Source: Camelus dromedarius
Taxonomy: Eukaryota
NCBI RefSeq assembly: GCF_036321535.1
Contig: NC_087436.1
Span: 10,168,001 to 10,232,000, forward strand
Reading direction: 5' to 3'
DNA length: 64,000 nt
A program made the position numbers and the translations under genes. Positions 50,946 through 63,462 of the stretch are shown piece after piece (the first letter of the stretch is position 1; each line of letters starts with the position of its first letter). The notes under the pieces are model-generated. The model worked only from the letters and a program-made list of their open reading frames with translations, was not told the origin of the DNA and made no database searches.

Positions 50946-51085
50946 GGGGGAGGGTATATCTTAGTGGTAGAGCACATGCTTAGCGTGCACGAGGTCCTGG
51001 GTTCAATCCCCAGTACCGCCGTTGAAAAATAAATAAACCTAATGACCGAGTCCCCCCCAAGCAAACAAAAGACCTAAGAAAAAAC
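50946..51085 (+). mobile_element. tRNA-derived SINE (Vic-1 type)
   Basis: gggggagggtatatcttagtggtagagcacatgcttagcgtgcacgaggtcctgggttcaatccccagtacc. Confidence 0.92.
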
Positions 51086-51099
51086 TTTAAACACTTCTT

Positions 51100-51690
51100 C
51101 ATTTTGTCTTTACAAGGAACAGCTGAACTTGTTCATAAGCAGAGGTGAAGGTGCCACAGAGAGGTAGACATTTACAAAAATAGACAAAAGAATGACCCAT
51201 TGTTAAGTGAATGTTCTTGAGAAGTTGAAAAAGCATGGGGAAAGAAGGGATGTAAGAGGAATATCTTTGGGCAGGTGGAAGAATACGTAGGTAGGAAACA
51301 GACTCCGTTCCTGTGAGCAAGAGGTCGGGGAGAGAGGGCAGGTGAAGACGGAAACGGGGTGGGGGTGCAGGGAAAGATGGCTGGGTCTGGGGGGTCTTAT
51401 CGTCTTTTGTGATACAGAGACAACAGGTTTGCTGTAGAGAAGGAGGCAAGGCATGAAACCCCGCCCTGAAATCCCCAGGTCCGAAATGGGAAGGGCGAGG
51501 AGGGAAAGATTCTGGCACATCAGAGGGTTCGGTGTCAACATGGTTGTCTTCTGGTCCAGACTAACCGAGCAGGGAAGCAAGTGGAACCACGTGGTGGCCA
51601 CTGTATTAAGGGAAGAGGAGGGGTTTGAGAGACGGCAAGACAACGATGCTGAAGGACTGATGCTGAAAATGGGAGGAAATGGGAGAAAGC
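51100..51690 (-). mobile_element. Degraded old LINE fragment (probably L2)
   Basis: Purine-rich, L2-like phrasing; family assignment uncertain. Confidence 0.4.
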
Positions 51691-51928
51691 TTGTCTCTAT
51701 GTAGAGTATGTACTCATCGCCCTCATGGATGAATTCATATCCCTATTGTGCTTTTTCTCCATTGTCACAGAAAAATAAAAATAAAAACAACTGAATGATT
51801 TCAATTCAATTGTGCTGGAGGTTCGCAAGCAAATCCAGTCCTGACTCCCATCCTTGTTCTCTGCTCCAGTAAACTGAAGAAGTTCTCCAGTTCACTCATG
51901 TGTAAAAGGAGGTTAAAAATAACTCTTG

Positions 51929-52220
51929 GACTCACAGACATAAACAACAAGCTAACGGCTACCAAAGGGAAAAGGGGGGGAGGGATAAATTAGGAGTTTG
52001 GAATTAGCAGATACACACTACTGTACATAAAAGAGACAAACAACAAAGCCCTGCTGTACAGCTCAGGGAATGACATTCAATACCTTGTAATAACCTATCA
52101 TGAAAAAGAATATGAAAAAGAATATAAATGTACATGTATAACTGAATCATTTGGCTGTACACCAGAAACTAACGCAACAATGTAAATCAACTATACTTTA
52201 ATTAAAAAATTAAAAAAAAA
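51929..52220 (+). mobile_element. L1 3' UTR fragment inserted into a MIR
   Basis: gactcacagacataaacaacaagct...aatcaactatactttaattaaaaaa; flanks aaaataactctt / aaaaaccctctt; MIR-like sequence on both sides (cagttcactcatgtgtaaaagg ... tgtcatgaggattaaataagataa). Confidence 0.88.
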
Positions 52221-52559
52221 CCCTCTTTAAGTGTCATGAGGATTAAATAAGATAAAAGGGTGCATACCTGAGGGGTAGTTGGCAATCTAATATTTGTGAA
52301 TTTTATTATGGATAATTTGTTCATGTTAGCATGGGATCATGGGATTAACGAGACCACCGCCACTATTACTATGAATTTCACTGATCTACGTTATTGCTTT
52401 CAGGGCATTGGGATAACAGTTCTTAGCAGCTAGTTTGTTAAACCGGTTACAGCAAATGCTTGTAAGGCCACTGTCACGAATTCCGACTCTATCCAGGTGA
52501 GTTAGTTATTGACTCATTTGAATCCGCAGGTGAGTCAAGTCACAGAAATGTCTCAAAGA

Positions 52560-52760
52560 AAGCTGGACTCGGAGTATGGTCAGATCTGTGTAGAATGAAA
52601 CTGGAATTGAATTCAGCTTCACTCTTCCGCATGTTGGGTGACCTCAGCCAAGTTTTCAGACAGTTGGTTTTCTCATCGGTAAAATTGTACATGGCTATTA
52701 CAAGGTTCAAATAAGATCTATGAGAAAATACTGCAAAATATAAATAGTATCCCAAAGTCA
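52560..52760 (+). mobile_element. MIR relic
   Basis: ctggaattgaattcagcttcact...gggtgacctcagccaagtt...gttttctcatcggtaaaattg...aaggttcaaataagat. Confidence 0.7.
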
Positions 52761-52840
52761 CGCATCACTGCCAACATATAAATAGTCAATAAAATCAACA
52801 AAAATGCTGCTAGGTGATAGGCAATGCACTGCATGCTTTT

Positions 52841-52907
52841 TATAAAAGCAACTCATTTTTTTTATATAAAAGCAACTCATTTTTTTATATAAAAGCAACT
52901 GCATTTT
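52841..52907 (+). repeat. AT-rich minisatellite, 23-24 bp unit, nearly 3 copies
   Basis: Unit tataaaagcaactca(t)n-a starts at 52841, 52865 and 52888. Confidence 0.9.
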
Positions 52908-53685
52908 GCTTTACAGGACGCTGTCATTTTCCACCTTGTAGGACTGTGGCTTACTGTAACAATGGGATTACGTCTCTGCTGAGCTACCAACACTCTCTTT
53001 AGATTCAAGTCTAAGGGCCTTCTCTAGCTCTTCATCTTTCCTGAAGTCCTTATGGACTAGCCCCTCCTCCCGGAAACCTCTCCCTTTTTGGCTTATGTGA
53101 CACTGTGCTTATGTCACTACCCTTAAAGATGGGGAAAGAGGAATCAGAGGGCATGTAAGACGGTTGTAGGGATGGAAGCAGTGATTGGTTGTGGAGGACA
53201 GACCCCAAATGTCAGGATTCTGCAGCCTGGAAAGGTGAGAAATGATAGGGGGCGGAAATGATGGAGGAGATGTGATGGGGGGGGGGTCCTATGACCCTAT
53301 GACATGCTGTGTGAGGAACAGTATGCAATTCAGCATTTCTGAAAACACGGCTAAGACTCGTCGACCACAATCTAATGCAGTAGGTCAAAAGGGCTGCCTT
53401 TTAAAGTGTGAGTGTAGTCATTTGGGGACGAATAAAAAGAAATACTAAGTCCTACAGTTAACATCTTGCGAGGGGAAAAAAAAAAAAGGCAGGGGAGGGA
53501 ACATTCCATGGCAACTGACTTTAGATACGTGACAGGCTATTGTGTAAAAGGTGGCTAGTCTTATTCTGTCCCATAACTGGATCCAGCGAGTCAGAGTTAC
53601 AGGAGAGATTAATATATCTCTTTCCAAAGCTGAACTGAGCTGACCCAGGAGGGTGTAGATTTCCCATCATGGAAAATACTCAATA

Positions 53686-53812
53686 GGAGGGTCTAGCTCA
53701 GTGGTAGAGCGCATGCCTAGCAGGCGTGAGGTCCTGGGTTCAATCCCCAGTCCCTCCAGTAAATAAACAAACAAACAAACAATTACCACCCCCCCCAACA
53801 AACAACAATAAA
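53686..53812 (+). mobile_element. tRNA-derived SINE (Vic-1 type)
   Basis: ggagggtctagctcagtggtagagcgcatgcctagcaggcgtgaggtcctgggttcaatccccagtccctcc plus (aaac)n tail. Confidence 0.92.
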
Positions 53813-53999
53813 CAGAGTGATTCTGTGGCAGACACAGTACAAAGGAGCTCCAGGAAGGGTAATTAAACTACATGACCTCAAACCCCTAGCGTTGCAATTC
53901 TGTTTTCCTTCCTTTCCCACAGACTGATCTCTTGTCTTACCCCCTGAAGTTTCTTTGTCAGCATTTCCCGTCTGCTTATACTGGGAGTTTTGGACTTAG

Positions 54000-54570
54000 C
54001 ACTTTTTATTTTCCCTTTTGACACTGACCACTCCAGGGAGGCAACCCACAGGTTCAAGCTTCACTCCCAGGCTTGGAATTTTAAAACATTCATCTCCAAA
54101 ACCAACCTGCAGCCTCTCCAGTAACAAGAAACGTCGGCTGGTTGTGTTTTCCTGTATCCCGCCATTTCCCATATGGCTTCTCTCCTGAACATCTCATTCT
54201 CTTGGTTTGCCTTTCTTTTTAAGACTTCTGGATACTTCAGACTCTAAATCCTAATTGTTATCAATATGCCAATATTTTTCTCTCTCAGTGTTTTGTTTTG
54301 TTTTGTTTTGTTTTTTTAATTTTCCTCCTTTTCATCCTCACTGCCATCGCTCTAATAGCTTTGAATTGTCAACAGATACACCCACTGTCTTTAAAGCTCT
54401 ACTCCTTCCAAATCACTTTTTAAGCACACAGTTATTCAGATCCTTTTAAAATACTGCCAGTCTTCAAGAACCCTAACAATCAAGTAAAATCCAAATTGTT
54501 TCACCCAGTTTTCATACGACCTCCCATAATTTGGATTTACCTCTCCCACCGTATTTCTCACTAATCCCTA
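54000..54570 (+). mobile_element. Degraded L2 fragment
   Basis: aaacattcatctccaaaaccaacc; agtaaaatccaaattgttt...cgacctcccataatttgg. Confidence 0.5.
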
Positions 54571-54769
54571 ACGTACAGGCATATCAACATGGCACAGAAT
54601 TTACCAGCCAAGAAGCTATGGGTTTTGCCACAAATTAGTTACCACTGTGCCAAGATCTGGAGTTTTCTCAGACTACAGGACAGTTGAAGGGTCCTGGGTG
54701 TGCTGTCCATCAGTCGCGGTTAATGCACAAGGCTGTTACCATGTTGTGCACTTGGTATGATGTCGGAAA

Positions 54770-54935
54770 TGGTACTACAGTCAGCATCAGAATCCCACTT
54801 CCGCTGGTCCACGCCTGTTAAGTCACTCAATCTCCGGTGCTTTCAAGTCCCTCATCAATAAAATAGGAAAACAGCAGTGTCTACTTCATAGGATTATTTA
54901 TAAGAATCAAGTTAATTAAGTGTCAATAAAGGTTA
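54770..54935 (+). mobile_element. MIR relic
   Basis: aagtcactcaatctccggtgctttcaagtccctcatcaataaaataggaaaacagcagtgtctacttcataggattatt. Confidence 0.75.
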
Positions 54936-56778
54936 AACAGTATTTTTTTCAATTAACGTTCAGATGTGTATTTCCTTAGCCGGTTGCATTCTGGGATCAT
55001 CTGCTTCTTGGACCTTTCTCAAATATGATCTCAAGCCGGTGACACCCACTCCCTCTCCTGATCACACCTCATTTAAATTTAAGCTGCCCTAAGACTCACA
55101 CCCCTCACGAACCAGACTGCAAGATCTCTACCGATAATGTTTGAGGTGCCATTTTCCCTAAATTTTATACCACCCAGAGCCAGTCTTGGCTATTTGTTGT
55201 TTTATTTATGCAAGTTCTGCCAGTATGACCTGAAGAAATTCTTGTTGATTAATCTTGTCTGGGAAGAATAGCAGAATATTAAGACAAATCTAAGTGATGA
55301 GAGAATTAAAAAGTCAAGGTAAAGATGGCTAATTACTAGACCACAAATGAACTGGGAATAATTTACCTGAAGCTATCCCAGGTGCAGAGCAAAAGCCAAA
55401 AGAGAGAGTCTCGCTTAGCGAGACGATTTAGCAATTCTCAAAGGATGTCACCACTTCCCAGTGTTTTATTTATGTTTCGGGAAAATGTGCTTATAATGAA
55501 AGTGAGAAAAGTATGACCCTTACCCATACCATGCACTCTTCATTTGCACTGAGGAACTAAACTGACGTGTTCTGATTTTATACCCTATCTGGGCATCAGA
55601 GGAAGCCACGCAAACTGATGTGCTGTAAAAAGGAGAAGTAACTCTTCTTAATAAGAAAAGAAGATGGACAGTATTGAGTATTTTTCTTAAAAACAGCTGT
55701 TTCCAGCAAACTTTTACTGATATGGATCCAGAATATATATATATTTTTGGAATTAAAAGGAAAAGACCTTGTAAATCAGGTTTTGAAGATTTCATTACAG
55801 AGATGAAGAGAGGTGCGATGGCCTACCGTTCAGCCTGAGATTTAAAATATTTTGAAAATGCCAATTCAAAATACAACTGTGATGTAAGAATAAAAACATT
55901 TTATGGCAGAGCTGATATCATTTTTGTATTGCTAAGTTTGGGCATTCTGAATCTACAGGCAACCTTTCAACATCTACAGATGAGTGGCAATTCTTCACAC
56001 CCAAGGGAATTTTTCACATGTCTTTGTTTTCTCAAAGGAGTATTTTCGATTCAAAAAAAAACCCCAAAAAACAAAAAATAAAAAACCTGGTACATCCCGT
56101 GACTTCCTGAGTTTAATTTCATGCCTGAATTTGTCAGCACTGACTTGGGCAAAACCTCAGACCATCTGCCCAGAGCTGCAGGGAAGGATGGACAACCGAG
56201 GCAGTGACACAGCAATGTCCCTGGCTCCTCACTGGATCCTGGAGTGGATCCAAAGCCACGGCTGATGAGCCGCATCCTCTTCCCACTGGATTCCGCTCGA
56301 TGGAAAATGGTGGAGAAGAAGATAACGGCGATCACTTGTGCCAATAGCGGAAGCAGAGGTGGCCAGGCTCATCTGAAGTCGTGGGAATTTGGGTTGCATG
56401 GGCTACAATGGATTGGGAAGATGCTACCTGAATTGCTCCTCCTGCAGCCCTGCCGCCTCTGTTGATGGTTCAAACCTACTGATCCCAGGAGTTTAAATTC
56501 TGATTGGGATCGAAGTTCCCATTGGGACTCTTCTATTACCGGCTAGCTGAGTGAGTCAGTCTCACAGTGGGCTAGGCCCGCTCTGAGGACTTTCTGAGAC
56601 GTCTCCATCGGGTCGTGGAGGACGCTAGATTTTTTTTCCCCTGTGTGTTGGCATGTGTAGCCCCAGGAATTCCAGCCACAAGGGTACCCAACAACACAAC
56701 AGTTCTTCCACATCAGTCTCAGTATCAGCTCAAACTGCCCAAAACCTCCAAATCAGGGGAGACCAAAAGATGAAGTGA

Positions 56779-56861
56779 GGGAGGAGGGTAGGACACGGTG
56801 GTAGAGTGCCTGCTCCTCCCCAGTGCATCCACTAATCAAAAAAAAAAAAAAAAAAAAAAAA
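56779..56861 (+). mobile_element. Internally deleted SINE remnant with long polyA
   Basis: ggggaggagggtaggacacggtggtagagtgcctgc fused to tccccagtgcatccact plus an A-run; the central body and B box are missing. Confidence 0.7.
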
Positions 56862-57749
56862 GGCGGGTGGTAAAGGAGCTTCAAAAGATGGACTGTGCCC
56901 TTTGGGATAACCCTTCCCTGTGAACCATCACTTTGCTGCCCTGTTCACCCTCTGTTGGGGGGCTCAGAGCATCGTTTACTTCCAAGTAAAGGAACTGATT
57001 TTCCCTAGTGGTATTTACCTTCCCAGATCCTACCTTATAATTTTGGTGACATACAGGTGAGTAAATAGATAATAACTTTGAATAAATGTCCTCATGCAAT
57101 GATTTTATCTACACTCTCAGATGTCACAAACATTCATTTTACGTCAGCTTTGAGATCCTTTTTGTGTGTCTGTGAGATCGACAAAACAGAACGACAGATA
57201 TTTGTAAGCAGGTATTCTCGAAGTTAGGAGGCTTCATTTTTTATTAGCTTCATGCATTGACGTGAAAAGGAAAGAAGGAAGGACAGATAACACAAACTCA
57301 CTTGTTTTCTGTGTAGATATAACCAAAGAAATACATTTGGTCAGATGCAGAGTAGGGCTCTGGTACGTACGTAATAACAGAGCTATTGGAAAACTTAAAA
57401 CATTTTAGTCTTTTTCTTTTCTGATTGTGGCAGTGATTCTTAATCCAAGTTGATTTTGTGACAGCACTTTTGGTGACTGCTGAGTGCTGGAGTCCTCATC
57501 GCCTCATCCTCAACCACGACTTCCATTTTTCATTCATCTGATCTGTCTGAGCGCTGCTTTAAAGGAAGTCTCGAGTTGCCGTGGATAATTGACAAAGCCG
57601 GTCACTTATTTACAGATAACCAAGAAGGCACTGAATGAATTAGAAATATGCTTTTAAGTATTTTACATGTAAATTCTCCTACCTAGGCAAGGAGTTGTCT
57701 TGGCCAAATACTGGCCAAAAATTTTATAGCAGTTCCAGCCATCATCAGT

Positions 57750-58300
57750 GTTTATTCATTTATTCACTGATTTCTTCATTTGTTCATTTAATAATCATTC
57801 TCTCACCAAATAATTGGTTGCATATGTACTAGATGTAAGGTTATATAAGGTGCAAAGATGAGTAAATCTTAAAAATAATGGTAATAAATGGAAAGATGAG
57901 TAAGTCTCAGCTTGTGCCCTTCAAGGAGGTTATATTTTGACACTTTCTACGTTGGACATTTGCACAACTAACTGGAATCCAAGGTACCACAGGATGCGTG
58001 CTTTTCAAGTCCTGAGCAAGGACAGGGGATGTCATGCATAGATGTGGGGTGGGGACGGTGGTTATAGCCCAAGGGAAGATGTTTATAGGAACTGGACTTG
58101 GAGCCTGGGTAGAATTTGGCACATAAAGATGGAAGTTGGTAAAATACTCCAGACATAAAAGATACTTTTGGTGAATGCTACAAGTAGGAATCACCAGGTA
58201 ATCGGATCAAGTGTGTGGCAGGTTTAAAAGGAATATGAAAGTTCAGGTAGGACTGGAATGGAATGTCACACTGAAAAACAAGATTGTGAGAGCCTAAAAG
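57750..58300 (-). mobile_element. L2 3' end, degraded
   Basis: (ttca)n-like L2 tail (ttattcatttattcactgatttcttcatttgttcattta), aaagatgagtaagtctcagcttgtgcccttcaaggag. Confidence 0.6.
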
Positions 58301-59743
58301 ACGCTTCCTTCGTCCAGTGCCACCATTTACACACACACACACACACACATATACACATATATACAGGCACACATATAAAAAAAGCTTTAGTGACATTCAG
58401 TTGGAGTGGAAACTCCATAAAGAACCCAAGTAAGAAAGTAAATTATTAGAAAAAATTAATCTGGCTGTGTGATCTCAGAGTTAGAAAGAAAAAGAAGAGA
58501 ATATTATAACAGTCAAAGTCAACAGTAATAAGAATGAGCAGTAGTGTAATAGTCATGAGAAGCAAAAAGAGAACAGGAGATGTTGCAACAGTAGAGTTGG
58601 TGGAACGTGGGTGTGAGTCTGGGAAAAGGAGCTGGGATGAGCTGTGGGAGGACAGGACTGAACACAAAGAGCTTCTCGGTACAGAGTGAGAGATGAATCT
58701 ATTTACAGGGCCTCCGAGCATTTGTTTGTCGCCACAGGTACCACTTGGAAACCACCCTGTTCATGATTTCATTTTGAACATCCTTACACTCTACTAGGAG
58801 GGTCATTTTGAAAAGCAGAAGGAAGTGGTTCCATGCTTTCTCATAGATGCTACTTTCTTAGAGTGGATATTTTTCAAGAAGAATCATATTTGAAAGGTCT
58901 TTTTACACATAGCAGTAGAACTGCCTGTAACAAATCACTATCTCAAATTATAATCATATTGGAAATATACTTGTCCAGTTAGCAGTAGAATTACAGATAC
59001 ATAATTAATGATTGATAATAATCCTCTTTCTAATTCACATCTTCCTAGTGTGTAGTATACCCAGAGAGATTCTTACACCATTTGATTATCCCAATCATTC
59101 GTTTCTCAAACACAAAACAGAAAGCACAACTTTGTGGAAACAAACTGAAATGAATTATAAACATAAAACCACAAAATTTTTATTTTATTCAGAATCCTGA
59201 TAGAACAAAATTTCCATTTAGATAAGAACACTAAATTTTTTTCTGACAGCTTTCATTCTTCCAAAGCCCTGTGTATGAACTTTATATGTTGTCACTAAGA
59301 GATATAACTGAGAAAAAAATAGTATAATCCTATTAAAATTAGATGCATAAAAAGAGTAGAAGAAAATATTTAAAAATCTAGTGATCATCTATCTAGGTAA
59401 TTAAGTTTAAAATAGAAAAGTACTTTTCTTTATTTTTAAATTCTTTTACAATAACAACTATTATTACAATCACTAAAAGAAATTTTAAAATAAACTAAAA
59501 ACATTAAGATTTAAGAATATTTTTCCAATTTATTCCATTTTATTTTCTTTCATTCTCTAGTAAGTAAACAAATTCATGAATATTTGATGGATTTATATAT
59601 TTGAACAATTTGGACAAGTACTGTCTTATTGTGCGTAAATGTGAGTTGCTTCCTGTCCAGCTTTTGGATAATCCCTCTCCATGAGAGTCTTCTGGAATGA
59701 TGGAAAGCATTAAGAATAGTTTGTCCCCTACAATTTGAAGCAT

Positions 59744-60349
59744 ATGGACCCCAATGTTCATAGCAGCACTATTTACAATAGCTAAGACATTAACTGAATG
59801 TCCATCAGTGGGTGAATAGATAAAGAAGCTGTGGTATATTTACACAATGGAATACTACTCAGCCCTAAAAAAGAATAAAATAATGCCATTTTCACCAACA
59901 TCATCGTTGAACCTGGAGATTGTCATTCTAAGTGAAGTAAGGCAGAAAGAGGAGGAAAAATAGCATATGATATCACTCATATGTGGAATCCAAAAAAAGA
60001 AAAAAGACATGGATGAACTTATTTACAAAACAAGAAACGTACTCACAGACATAGAGAACAAACTTATGGTTACTGGGGAGAAAAGGTGGGAAGGGATAAA
60101 TTGGGAATTTGACATTTTTCAGATACTAACTTCTATATATAAAATAGATAAACAAGTTTATTTTGTATAGCACAGGGAACTATATTCTATATCGTAGTAA
60201 CGTATAACAACAAAGAATATGAAAAGCAATATATGTATATATATGTATGACTGAAACATGATACTGTACACCAGAAATTGACACACTGTAAACTGATTAT
60301 ACTTCAATTTAAAAACATCTTGCTCTTTGTTAAAAAAATAAATAAAAAT
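59744..60349 (+). mobile_element. 5'-truncated L1 3' end
   Basis: ccccaatgttcatagcagcactatttacaatagctaagacat...atggaatactactcagcc...atgatatcactcatatgtggaatc...ttatacttcaatttaaaaa. Confidence 0.93.
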
Positions 60350-61829
60350 AACAGTTTGTCCCCCACCTCCACTCCACACACACACACCAATGCCAGGGGT
60401 AGCTAATATTTTCTGAATTCTAAGCACATAAAACATGACATTTCATGCCAGCTATGGTGTACATCTGTGACCTCAGCGAGCAAGTGTATTCAGATGCTCC
60501 CTTTAGTTGTACAATAATTCTGCTTCGGTTTCTTGGAAGATTAAACCAACTGACTCTCTGCTCATGGAAAGGGGTCTGTCTTCAACTGCGTCACTAGCAT
60601 TTTCCACTGCCTGGATTTGTGCATGGGTTTGAACTTCCTCCACACTCATCACTGTCCACTGAGCCTCTTTCAATGCCTGCCCTGCATTTCTTATTCCTGT
60701 AAAACCTCCTTTTGATTTTGGATCTTTCTTCTTTTGATCTTTCTCCTTTGTGGACAAACTTTTTCACTATGACATCATCTAAATGATAAGCTGATAGCAC
60801 ATTTCCTCCACATCCAATATGAATGAATTTCATGAATTACGTCTGCTCGATGCCATCATTTAGTATCATCTCTTTCCTGTTGTGTTTGCCTTTTTGTTAT
60901 GTCTCTGAATCAGCTGTCTTTATGTGATGATAGAAACAATTAAAAAATTGTAAGTGTATAATGTCAACAGAGGGTTTAATGAAAGTTAAAACAGAACACT
61001 TTTTTTTCATGCACAAACTACAAAAGTCAAAAACGCAAGTACAAATGTGAAAACCTCAAGTTGCGGTAAACATGATACAAGGGCAATACACTAAAGAGGA
61101 GATGACTGTCATGACTACTTCCCAGTTTATTTTGGTTTTTCATGACTTACAGCTGATATATTATAGAACAATAATAAAAATACTGCCAAAGAGTTAAAAA
61201 AGAGAAAATTATGAATACAATTCTATATAAGAAATAAAAACAAAAAATAAACCTGTACTTTCAAGTAAAAAAAAAAATATGCACAGTAACAAGGAAGGAA
61301 GAAGGTAAAATTCTGGGCTTACTATTCCAGGACCTCTTGACTGTTACTCTAGTGAAAACTGCTTTTTATTTGCAAATTATATTTCAATTTTCAAACAGCA
61401 TCTTAGTGTGGATATTCTCTAAAGAAGTGCACGGTGAGTAAAAACTGCCAACAGTCTCAGTTTGGCTTCATACAAATAGCATTTTACTTGAATCTAATTG
61501 CAACAGCTTTAACTGTTACAGAAGATTCCATACCTATTGTATATAGCTACATGTTTACAACATACATGTATATATTTCATGCTATAGTGAATATTCACAT
61601 TATATTAATGACCCACACTGATGCCGGGTTTGCTGATTTCCACACTTGATCCCTTAATGGCATTTGACAAAAAGGAGGGGAACTGATCAGTTGCAAGTGA
61701 ACTGACAAGGTCTGTCTCTGTCGCTGCAGTACATCACTGTGATACTTACATTCAAAATTAATCTGCCTGCTAACTCACCCCTGGCAAAGGTATGAAGAGG
61801 CTTCAAAAGCGTTTTTCAGCCTGATTTCT

Positions 61830-61947
61830 TTTTTGTTTGGCAAGGGGAGTGGTAATTAGCTTGACTGACTGATGGAGGTACAGGGGATTGAACCCAGGAC
61901 CTCATGCACGCTAAGCACACACTCTACTGCTGAGCTAGCCCCTCCCC
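61830..61947 (-). mobile_element. tRNA-derived SINE (Vic-1 type) with TSD
   Basis: Reverse-complement A and B boxes; ctgatttct at 61821-61829 and 61951-61959. Confidence 0.92.
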
Positions 61948-63273
61948 TCTCTGATTTCTGCACAGAGAAGAATTTAGGCTAAGATCTCCCAAGGGATGTT
62001 GAAGGACATGGCTGTGGGATCCAGTGGGAAATTGGTATGAACGCTCTTTTAACTGGGTGGTCCCAACCCAAGTTTGTCTTTTGTCATATGAGCTCAGCAT
62101 TGGGAAGGTGAGTGGGGGTGATAAGGAAGAAAAAGCCCACTCTCTCTTTTTCCTATTCTTCTAAGGTGCTTCCTAAGCAAATGTAAGATCATTGTACCTC
62201 AACTTTTTCTTTCCCTCACAAATGACATATTGTATATGGATCAGGCAGAGTGATCAAAAACACATATGCCGTGACTTTGATGATACATCTTTGTATTTCT
62301 TATAGAATCAATCGGTTCTTGCAATAGCACATTTCATTTAAGACTAAAATAGAAATGAAAATTAAACAAACAAAAAAACCAAGCATGATATCATTTTAAA
62401 AATCATCTTCACAAGAATGTGCAGAGCGTTACATATCATCATGGGACATTAAGCAGTTACACAAGCCAGGATTGACTTTGGGCTATTTATCAAGAAAAAA
62501 TGCTGGCTGCTGGTAGTTACAGACATTTGCTTCTTTGACACTTCTATTCCCACAAACACGGAGTGTCTAGGGAGCTTTGGGTTTAGAGAAGCCCCCTTTG
62601 AAGCACTTATCTTAAAGTAGCTCGCTAGTTTCATGGCATGACCTTAACCCTGTCCTCTGCCAAGCCTAGTCAAAGAAATTGGAACATGTCTCTTGCATGC
62701 AGGTAGCCAAGGGTGCCATTCGCCACACTGAAATGCTCTCATTGCAAGGAAAGACATTTTGCTCATTCTTTATTACTAGCAAAAGCTGTGTTTCATCCAA
62801 ACACTTGGTTTGCTTCTCTGTGAATCCTGTTTCTTTCTTTGCTTTGGTCACTGTGTCTACAAAAATGAAACCTATGGTAAATCTCCGTATATGCATTTTT
62901 GTGGATTTAGTAGTTTTCTACCCTTATTTTTGTGCATCCTGATTTTCTCAATTTCTTATTTGTGGGGTGTGTGTGTGTGTATGTGTAAGTGTATATATGC
63001 ACACACACATGCATATTCACATGTATATCTACATGTATACACACATATAAATACATGAAAATTGTGTGTCAAACAATCTAAAAAGGAAGTGCAAAGTGTC
63101 AAATACAAGCATTATCATCTCCTTTATTTGGTTTGTTTCGCTGTCTCTCCTGCACAGACTTGCACTGGGCTCCTGGGTCCCTTTTTCTTACACCCTACTG
63201 CACCCCGGGCTCACCCATGGTGGTGTGAACACACTATTACAACAGTCTGTTTTCCCATCTGCAGCCTCTGCTT

Positions 63274-63462
63274 CAGTGGTTCCCAAATGTGAGCTTGCAT
63301 CAGAGCCACACAGAGGGACAAGGACAGTTACACGAGGGGCTGCGTCCCCCTCTCAGTTTCTGATTCAATACGTCTAGGCTGAGACCCAACAGCTGGCACG
63401 TTGACCAAGTTCCCACAGGATTCTGATGCTACTGGTGCAGGGACTACACTTCGAGAACTGTG
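63274..63462 (-). mobile_element. Full-length MER5A-like relic
   Basis: cagtggttcccaaatgtgagcttgcatcaga...tttctgattcaata...ttctgatgctactggtgcagggactacacttcgagaactgtg. Confidence 0.8.

Noticed and set aside
55408..55424. Perfect palindrome gtctcgct-t-agcgagac
   Set aside because: About one 8-bp-arm palindrome with a given spacer is expected by chance in 64 kb (64000/4^8).
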